This document shows, piece by piece, positions 54,155 through 64,000 of a stretch of DNA of 64,000 nucleotides. The DNA is taken from NCBI GenBank assembly GCA_951406725.2, contig OX597820.1:42532001-42596000 (forward strand). The letters are read 5' to 3'. The notes beneath the pieces were generated by a model, which worked only from the letters and a program-made list of their open reading frames with translations, was not told the origin of the DNA and searched no databases. The translations under genes and the position numbers were made by a program. The DNA comes from Octopus vulgaris. Its lineage: Eukaryota. Position 1 is the first letter of the stretch. Each line of letters starts with the position of its first letter.

Positions 54155-54960
54155 GTCACAAGGCCTGTATTTTTGAAGTGAAGGGATGAGACAATACTTG
54201 GCTGGCACTTTTTCTTGCCCCACCCCTAAATTATGAAAGGCAAACTTGATTTCGGCTTGATTTGAACTCAGTCTAAACGGTCAAATGATATGCTGCAAAG
54301 TATTTGTACGAAGCTAAGTATTCTGGCAATTGTTTGAATAAAGGTGACGGTGATGATAACAATGAAAAGGAGAGGTTTATGTTGTTCATGGTGATGATAA
54401 TGCTTAGAATAGCAACAAAAATAGTCAACAAGCAAATAAACAGCATAAACAGCTGTAACAACAACAGCACCAACTGCAGTAGCAGCAGCAGCAGCAGCAA
54501 AAGCAATAATAATAATATGTTTTCCACTATAGCCACAAGGCCTGGAATTTGAGAGAGTGGGGTGGTCGATCACATCAACCCTAATACATGACTGGTATTT
54601 AATTTATCGTCCTCGAAAGGGTGAAAAGCAAAGTCGACCTCGGCAGAATTTGATCTCAGAACGTGCAGACAGACGAAATTCCGCTAAGCATTGTTCTTGG
54701 TGTACTAACGATTGTGCCACCTCACCACTTTAAGAATAATGATATTAATGGGTTCAACTTTTGGCACAATGCCTGAAATTTTGGAAGAGAGAGCAAATTC
54801 ATTTACATCGACCTTAGTACTCAACTGGCACCTATTTTATTGCCCCGAATGTATGAAAAAGAAAGTGGACGTCGGCAAAACCTCTACTCAGAAACTAAAG
54901 CCGGAAGAAACAAGACGAAACATTTTGTCCGGTGTTCTAATGATCCGGCCAGCCAGCCAA
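54155..54960 (-). mobile_element. Three degenerate family A SINEs in the same orientation
   Basis: Copies near 54155-54330, 54530-54730 and 54760-54957, each with cacaaggcc(tg)..aaagtcgacctcggc..tttgaactcag-like motifs. Confidence 0.75.
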
Positions 54961-56751
54961 TCATTCAACCGCAATTCAGCAGTAATTCAACAGGAGTGTA
55001 ATTTGTACGGAAGTACGAGAAACGCCAAGACAGGAAAAAAACTGCCGGATCATTGTGTCAACTGAAACTGTAACGAGAAAAGTTAACCTTACCATGGTGA
55101 ACAATATGAAATGTCCTTGCCAATATTAAACAACTAAAATGACAAGAGAGAATCTAATAAGAGAGACTTCTCCATACGAACACACGCAAACACATTCAAA
55201 CACGCACACAAGAAAAAAAAATCATGTAGACTTTATATTTAATTTTCGATATCACTATATTCTCAGCATCGCGAGAACAATGACTGGGGAATTGCTCGAA
55301 ATTCAGGACAAGAGATTATTTAATTTCTTTGAATTGATGCCTTTAATTCGTCAAAGATTTCTGCACTAAACTCCTAGAAAATGTAAAGGTTAACATCCCA
55401 GCAGGTAGATTTCAGTAATCACCTTACGCTTACTAATACTCCAAAATCTAAATATCGGCTTTAAACTTGCTGCAGGCCAGCAGTTTGCTTAAAATATCGG
55501 AATTTGGAAAGACGTTGTCAAGGAAAGCCGACTAAGCTTGCCATTGCCGTCATTTATTATTCAGTGTCACATATTCGCGGATTATGTTAGTCATAAAACA
55601 GATCATTGAAATTGATGTCGGCAACAAATGAATTGTTGTCCTCAGCAATAGTTGTCCATTATCGAAGAAGCAAACGTCATTATAATCTTTTAGTTTGCTC
55701 GGGTATTTCCTGGAGTAAGTAACCAGAGCGAGTGAGAAGTACAACACCAAACCAATTTAAATGTTTAACCACTCCCCATCAAATATTTTAAGTGTAGCTA
55801 AATTCCATTTTTGACTAAGACAGCTCACTCAGCTCACAGTATAGTCCTTTATGGGTATCTTAACTAAATTAAAACAGGTGTACTTTGACTGAACCTTCGT
55901 TCCAGGGAAAAGAGTAGCTGATTCACATTGACTCTCCTCTCCAGACGTGAATTGCAGGTCTAATTTTGTGTTCAGTGCAATATGGCACTTTTCCAGTGAA
56001 CAGCAGACTAAGTTTCCTTTGTGAAAAGGAATATGACTTGATTTTCCTGCATGTATAAATACGAATTTGCTGTGAAGCTCTCACAATCAGGATGAGCAAG
56101 GTTTCCAATATTCATAGCAATCGCACTAGTATCAAATAACAAGTATGAGAAAGACCATGTTGATGATTAGAAACATTTTCTAAATGTGGCCATTTAATTT
56201 GATGAGTAAATAGATGCTACACATTGCATCGATGCAGGCTTTGGACAACACTGGTTGTGTTAAGATCATCTAAATATCAAGCAGTGGTGATTGACCCTGC
56301 GGAATGTTTTAGGTTTATCTAAGTTGATTAGAGTTTCACCGAAGCAATATTTAGGATTGACCCATTCTGCTAAGTTCATCATGACGCAAAGATAGACATC
56401 AGTATGTTTGTCGAGGGTCATGAATTTTTTTTTCGCCCCACTATTTATACGACAGTATCACTATCTATCGTCTAATACAACTAAAACTTTCTCGGTCTAA
56501 AGTCAAATTAAATAGATACCTGGTATGTCAACAATGCAGAGAGACATTGCAATACAATCCATAGATCAAATTATCCGGTTCTTCACACGCACTACACTAT
56601 AAACAATTAATTAAATACGATACAACTGACATAATTTTGCACGGTTAATATCCAGTAACTCACAGAACTAACATTAAACAAACAATACAAAACAGAACAA
56701 AAACTAACATAACACAAATCAACAAGGAAATCTCCATAATGAAAATGATAT

Positions 56752-56934
56752 TGGTTTCAAAAATTTTAGCAGAAGGACAACACTTTTCACGGTGGTCGAG
56801 GACATCAGCATAGTTCTTCACTAATACTTTATTTGATCAACCACAGGGGCAATGTAACTCACAGCATTAAGAACCGGAACAAATGCAGCTAAGAATAATG
56901 GACAGCCCGCTAACGACTGTGCCAGCACACCACC

Positions 56935-56985
<51 letters not shown>

Positions 56986-57382
56986 CAACAACAACAACAG
57001 CAACAACAACAACAATAATAATAATTACAGCAATAATAACAACAACAACAACATCAATAATAATAAAAATAATAATAACGACAACAACAACAATAATTAT
57101 AACAACAACAACAACAACAATAATAATAATAATAATAACAACAACAATAATAATAACAACAACAACCACAACAACAATAATAATGTGGGCACAAGGCTAG
57201 CAATTTCGGTGGTAGGGTTAGTCAGTTACTCATCAAATTAATTCTAGTGCTTGACAGCTGCTTTATCGATCTCGAACTATTAAAAGCAAAGTCATTCTCA
57301 GCAGAATTTAACTCGGAACACGAAGATGGACGAAATTTTGCATTTTGCTTGGCGTGCTAACGATTCTGCCAGCTCACTACCG
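56752..57382 (-). mobile_element. Two degenerate family A SINEs flanking an (AAT)/(AAC)n array (56936-57184)
   Basis: ggcacaaggctagcaattt..gcaaagtc..ggcgtgctaacgattctgccagctcac (57187-57382); older copy ending gctaacgactgtgccagcac near 56930. Confidence 0.75.
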
Positions 57383-60084
57383 TAGGTAATAATAATTATC
57401 TAATTATTATTATGATTATTATTATTGTTATTATTATTATTATTATTATCATCATCATCATCATCACCATGATAACAACAACAACAACAACAACAACAAC
57501 AATAATAATAGTGATAACAATAACAACACAATATATCCGGATGCCAGCATACGTGTGAATGTATGTGTTCCTAAACTTGATATATATGTAATCATATAAG
57601 AAAATTGTGAACTTTGATTTATCTTAGTCATTCATTCTAGAAAGGTATGTGTAAAAGTGTAACGTAAATTCAAAGGTAAGCAACAATGAACGTAAAATTA
57701 ATTAACTTGAAACTTTAAGAGAATTTGAAACAAGCTCACAAACAAAAGCTTAAAACAAAGCAAAAAAAATCCACCAGTTATGCGATTCTGACGTCATATA
57801 TCACTATAGTTACGTAACTAATCATTCCAAAATGAATTCCAATCAAAAGCTAAATAAGACGAAGTTTGTTTCTATCTTTTCTTAAGCTAAAACTATTCTC
57901 TAAATAACAGTGAAAAATGTTGATACAGTAAGCGAATGTAAGAGGGGGAAACAAAGGAAGGTGGATGATTAGATAGACAGAGAAAAAGAGAGAATAAAAG
58001 AGAAATTTAGAGGGGAATATAAAGTGAGAGAAAGCAAAGAGCACTGAGAAAGAAAGAGGGAATTTGAGAAGGCCAATAGGTTTATTTTAAAGTTATATAC
58101 ATTCCCTTTGAAATTTCTGTACAAAGTAAGGAAAGAAAGAACTTTAGCGTATCAGCAAATTCGTGTTGGAAAGTGAGGCGGTGGCAAGACATTGGAGCGA
58201 GGCTTTTATCTGTGTTCTTGGTATTTCAGAATGTTCTTAGAACACCTGAAGTACCTACCTGCAACGGAAATGATGCCAAGAAGCCAATAAGTTCCAAAGA
58301 AATAAATAAAAATGAATAAAAAGAAAAATAGACTGCCATGTTGAACTTAGATATGTATGTATGTATGTATCTGTGAGTGTGAATACATATATACGTATAT
58401 GTATTTACACGCATACACACAGACGTGTGTGTGCCTGTATGTGGTTATGTGTGAGCGCGAGTATGTATGTGTGTGTGAACAGATATGTATGCGCTTGGTA
58501 TTGCTTTCTCTGCTTTTGCGCGCTTATGTCTGCTTGTATGTAAAGTTTTATGCATGAAAACACGTATTTTCTTTATAGAGTTTACTTACAGGCACATACG
58601 TATATGCATATACAGATACATATATCCATGGATATCTATCTATCTACATAGCTAGACGAGATAATTTATCTATATAACTCACTCTCTTTATATTAATATG
58701 TATAAAACATAAAGGTTACATATATATTTTTATATTTCAGTTCAAATTGAAAAAATGAATATCTAACCTCGTTACGTGTTTCTAGTCGCTTCGTATGTTT
58801 GCTATCTGTGTACACATCTCTGTAAGCCTGTGTGTGTACGTGCCTGTGTGTATGGGTATGTAGGTTAATATGTGCGTGATTGCAAATGCGACTGCAATTT
58901 TATTCTATGAGCTGCCATTAAGATATTTTTAGACGGTGATTTTTACTCATATGTTGGCCCCTCATTTTAAGAGTCAACATTATCAAGTTTTTAGTTATTG
59001 TCAGTAATGAACGGTGTCGCTATTAAGGAGACACGGATGAAGTAAGGAACATTATTGGGAGTAAAGCGCATGTATCACAATCGGAACACGTATAATCTGA
59101 GATCATGTGCTGAAACAAAAAGAATTGCAGCGTAGAAGATTCTTGTAAACCATTCAAGAAGACACAAATATCGTTAGTTTCACTTCAACATTAAAAATCT
59201 GTGTCAAAATATTTTCGTCGCTTTGAAACCGTGACCTGTTCACTGACAAAACTTCACAAAAGTGATGCATCCCGAAGTTTTGTCATTGAACAGCACACAC
59301 AAACACACACAGGCACGCGCACGCGCACATACACACACACACACACAAAAACGGATGCACGTGCACACACCCACATTCATCGTCTTTCATTTGTGCGTAT
59401 GTGTATCTATGTGTATACGCAAATGTGTATTGGTCTGTGTGTGTGTGTCACTGTTGAAGTTGTCTTTGGAAACTGTGAATAAGGTACAAGTTTCGAGTAC
59501 TTGTCGGTAACTTATGTTTTTTTTCTCCTCGTCATCTAATAGTAATTACCCAACTTTATAGACTCTTCCCACAGCTATCACGCGTCCAAATGTTATACGC
59601 GTATTTTAGAAAATTTACATTCAATCAATAATAATTTTACATTACGTATACATTTTTAGTGAATTAAAACTGAAGAGAGAAAGTGAGAGATTTTGCAAAC
59701 CGAAGTGAAATACTCCGCAGTGAATGCAATGAATATTTAAATTCGTGATGAATTGGACGCAATAAGTATTCAAGTTTGCGAGAAATTGGAGTGTAAAAAA
59801 AATTCAATAAACTTGAGAAATCGAAATGATTGGAAATTTTTTAGAACATGAATTTATTAAAAATATTTCCAGACGCTCAACCCTTTGATAATTGCATTCT
59901 TTTAGTATTTTTAGTAATTGTTAGATACCTAATTATTAACCAACTTTCTCCATTATTGTATACATTATTTAATTCATTTCTGGTTCTTATAGCTGTATGT
60001 ATGTATGTATGTATGTATGTATGTATGTATGTATGTATGTATGTATGCACGAATGTATGCATGTATGTATCTATGCATGCATGT

Positions 60085-61480
60085 CATATTCTTGGTAGCA
60101 AGATTGTGAAGGAAAGCATCTTGTATTGTTCATCATCCTTTAAATCGTAAGAAGCTTGTCTTGCAGATTTCCATAGTTCCAGGTATTGTAATCATTTATA
60201 GCGTATGAATTAAGGATTTGCCTTCTCTCACCAAGAACCCATGTTCAGCAATACTTTGTGTCATCCTGTTCCTTCAATAATGATAGGTATAAATCTGAAA
60301 CTATATCTTGGGTACTGGCTATTCTGCACTCCTTATTAATGGGCCGTGGATATCCTCTTTCTCTTGTATTTTTCTTATCACGTTGGTGTCCAGAGAACAG
60401 CTGATTTCCTCAACAGAACATATTTTTCTTGTGGTCCCACACAGCAACATCTGTCCAGTTGCATTTTATCTTCGTTTTATCATCTTTGACTTCTACCAAC
60501 ATTCCTTTGACGCATTCGTCTCCATATAATCAACTCCATCTGTAGGTGTTTCTTTTTTGTTTTTTATCTTGTTCCAGGGAGAATATTATCTGGAAGACAA
60601 CGTCTCACATTTGGCAATAACATGATTGTAATTGATGCCCTTAGTCTTGATCTTGCATACACTTGGCCTTCTGAATTGGTCACTACCAGAACTGAATGAG
60701 ATAGATGTTCGAATTCGCAAGCTATTCAGTGTTACGGGAAACTTCACATTAATAGAGAAGTAGATGTGTTATACTTTCCATGCAGGAATGGTGGCCGCGG
60801 TCTCAAGTCTGTATTGATGCCATCTGAAGCATTATTGTGACACTGAAACAATTTATGCAGGATAGTTATTTGATAAGTCAAATAACTATCCTGCCCAAGT
60901 TTGCATCAATTAGATCAATACCATAATTAGAATAGCAAATGAACTTCAGGAGACGTATGAAATAAGAGCGGATACAGATATATCCTCAAGGAGAGAAGGT
61001 AGTACATGGGTACTAGACACGAGAAACTCAGAACATAGAAGGGATTTATCATGACAAAAGCTTCGTATGTAGTACCGGCAAGTTTATGACAAACTCCCTT
61101 TGAAGATAACCCCCATGTAATTGAAGAGTTTTCCACCAAATGCCCACAGCATATTTATTTTGCGAAAACGTGGTTTCGCATAGGGAAGTAGTACCTTGAT
61201 GACATTTTGGGAACAACTGATGATCATATGTGTAATATCTTCCAAAGAAATATGACATAATCTACATTTTCGGTTGCATCCTGGAGCTCGAAAGGCTTCA
61301 GTAATTCTTTTGATTAGGTATTCCTTAGTAACCTCCAACTCCTAGATTGCAATTACATAGCCTTCGAAGTGTGGTGTGACGGAGCTCTTCATGTTAGTAT
61401 TACGGTCTTCTTCAAGCCTTCAGGAATCATACCCATCAATAGTCTTTTTTCGGCATTTATACGCATACACACATAAAAGT
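60085..61480 (-). mobile_element. Rearranged R4/Dong-like non-LTR retrotransposon relic
   Basis: Minus 61480-61140: TPHFEGYVIAI*ELEVT, KCRLCHISLEDITHMIISC, YYFPMRNHV; plus ~60550-61065: GLLNWSLPELNEIDVRIRKL, EVDVLYFPCRNGGRGLKS; minus 60540-60160: DVAVWDHKK, EEISCSLDTNV, YSFRFIPIII, GTMEICKT. Confidence 0.82.
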
Positions 61481-61537
61481 CACTGGCTCAAATATTATTA
61501 GGCCAAGTGTCGATTGAACGAGATATTTCCTATTTTT

Positions 61538-61755
61538 AAGGCGGTAAGCTGGCAGAAACGTTAGCACGCCTGGAGAAATGCTGAGCGGTATTTTGTTTGT
61601 CTTTACGTTCTGAGTTCAAATTTAGCCGAAGTTGACTTTGTCTTCCTTCCTTTCGGGGTCGATAAATTAAGTACTATTTACGTACTGCGGTCGGTCTGAT
61701 CGAATGGCTTCTTCCCCAAGAATTTCGGGCCTTGTGCCTAGAGTAGAATAGAATA
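61538..61755 (+). mobile_element. Family A SINE (monomer)
   Basis: Colinear with 910-1128. Confidence 0.92.
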
Positions 61756-62721
61756 TATTTCCTATATGATGATTGGAAACTTATTAATGAGCCGCGGTAT
61801 TTATGTCAGTTATAATAATTTCTTCCTTTTCTTATTAACAAATGCCAATTCCCCTATTAACTAAGAGATATATATTTCAACACATTGAATTCACTTTATC
61901 TATGAAAATTTTTGTTTCAAATTATGTATATTTCAATAACGTTATTGTGTTTCCTTTTCCTTCTATAATTTACAAGCAATTCTGCAATTTTGCTTCCATT
62001 CAAAGAATGTCTACATTTTATTTTGCAAGAGTTGAAATGTGACATATATTTCAACGGTTATCTTGTTGAGCAAAGTTACTTTAGGTTTTCAAATAATTTA
62101 TTATTTTATATATCTGTTTCCACGTTATACCTATAAAACCTGACAAATTTGAACTCCGTCCTTAAAACTGAGGTGTTGATGGACAATCAATTGAATAATC
62201 GGTACCATAAAACACAAACTTATGATTCAGGAAGCGTCAGCTGCCAATAAAATATTGTGTGATTATACATACATTACTAAATACATACATAACAGACAGG
62301 TTACGATGACAGTTTTCTAAATTTCACTTCAAAGCTTGCCTACTTTTCAGTGTAATATTTTAGCTTAAGTAGAAACATTTGTTTTGATTGTTTATGTAAG
62401 GAGAGACTTATTTATCTATCATTCGCCATCGAGAATTTAATGAAACACAACAGCTCTAATATAATCTTTCCTAGTATTTTCCTTGTTTCTTTTCCAGTTT
62501 TCATTTCCCTTTTTTTTTCTTCTCTATCTTATATTTACTTTTTTCATTCTGTAATGTTTCAGCTTTCTCTGTTATTTATTTTATTATTATTATTTTTTTT
62601 TGTGTGTGTGTGTAGTATTATTGTTTTTGCTATCTTTATTTCAGTTGGCATCCCAAACATCTCACGATCGAAATATATCCAATTTGTAACTCTTTGATAG
62701 CATCTCTTACACTAGCACTCT

Positions 62722-62748
62722 TTGTTGTCATCGTTGTCGTCGTCGTCG

Positions 62749-62812
<64 letters not shown>

Positions 62813-62860
62813 CATCATCATCGCCATCATCATCATCATCATTATTATTATTGTTATTAT
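62722..62860. repeat. (GTC)/(ATC)/(ATT)n array
   Basis: Visible runs. Confidence 0.97.
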
Positions 62861-63817
62861 TTCAATGCTGCGTTGCTTTTTAGTGGGATTTTAACTTACT
62901 TTGTACTCCTATCCTTCTTGTAAGCTTTAATCGGTGTGAATCTATGAGCTGTCGACATTTTCTGTGAAAACATGGTGTCACTATGATTCTCAAGCATATA
63001 TATTTTGTATCTTTGTCAACTACATATATTACTTGTTTGAAGGTTAAGAAGTATATTGTTGTGCAGTTAACGGAGCTGGAACGAGTGGGTTTGTGCGTGT
63101 GAAAACAATGCACAGTGTGAGAGTATGTGTTCGTGCTGGCATAGATAGAGTGGAGGAGGGTGAGAGATTAAGAGAGAGTGTGTGAGAGAGTGTATGTGTG
63201 TGTGTGAGGGAGAGAGAGAGAAAGAGGCTCTATCTACTGAGTGATAAAAAGAAGCAAAGTGTGTGTTTGTGTATGAGTGTATTTGTGTATGTTAGCTGAA
63301 AACAAGAACAGATATTTTATCTCCTTTTGTCTCTTAATTAAATATATATTTAATCTTATTGAAAACAAAATTAGATGAGTTGGAAATGGAATTTAAAGAG
63401 AAGGATAATTATAAAACGAATGGGGTGTAAGAGAAGAGAAAGGAAAAAAAATCAAAATAAATGAGGAAAAAATTTTGAAAAAAAAATTAGAACGAAAAAT
63501 TCGACGTAAAATGAATTATTGTTTAAAATAAAGAAGAAAATGTATTGTCGATATGTCTGTGTGACAGATATTGTTTTGGTAATACATTACTGAAATTTTG
63601 TTACTTAATTCATAATTCTTTGAAGTATGGCTGCAAAATTGGCGTCACATATGTCTGAAAATAGTAAATTCGAAAGTAATGATATCCTATCGTTAAAATA
63701 AAGTACTGAGAATAAGAGAAAAAGCGGAAGAATAGTTTTTTCCACCATATATTTGAAAATGTCCTGTTGAAGCATTTGGTTAAACAGACATATGTAGCAT
63801 TAAATAGATGTTTACAA

Positions 63818-63919
63818 AAACAACAACAATAATAATAATAACTTGTGTCTTAAAGTCTCTGAGTGAGACTTAGAGTCAATTTGTACAAATACAAAGTAAA
63901 AGTAATAATAATAATAATA

Positions 63920-63980
<61 letters not shown>
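63818..63980 (+). repeat. (AAT)n array interrupted by a ~60-bp probable LINE 3' tail
   Basis: Unique block 63841-63903 (gtctctgagtgagacttagagtcaatttgtacaaatacaaag) between AAT runs; LINE origin is inferred. Confidence 0.6.
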
Positions 63981-64000
63981 GTGCTGAATCTGTGGACAAA

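Noticed and set aside
55085-55140. Minus-strand caccATG|gtaagg start-codon exon
   Set aside because: Single short motif; phase does not fit the next candidate exon; expected by chance.

Overview
AT-rich, microsatellite-saturated eukaryotic DNA. The SINE families and simple-repeat profile look like an octopus (coleoid cephalopod) genome; this is recognised from memory, not from a search. I found no intact host gene, RNA gene, CRISPR array or prokaryotic system, and nearly all ORFs in the track are translations of (TA)n/(CA)n/(TACA)n or trinucleotide repeats. The window reads as intergenic DNA or a very large intron filled with transposon relics: two abundant tRNA-derived SINE families; RTE, CR1/L2-like, L1/Tx1-like and R4/Dong-like LINE fragments; Penelope-like GIY-YIG elements; a Chapaev3-like transposase pseudogene; a Helitron 3' end; Tc1/mariner/maT fragments; and MITEs. 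The most interesting signals are a SINE that twice sits inside itself at the same site and carries a probable LINE-derived tail, a SINE/LINE shared 3' tail, a near-perfect ~90-nt hairpin, microsatellite-targeted retroelements, and a few speculative minus-strand splice signals. All translations and alignments were done by eye and boundaries are approximate.
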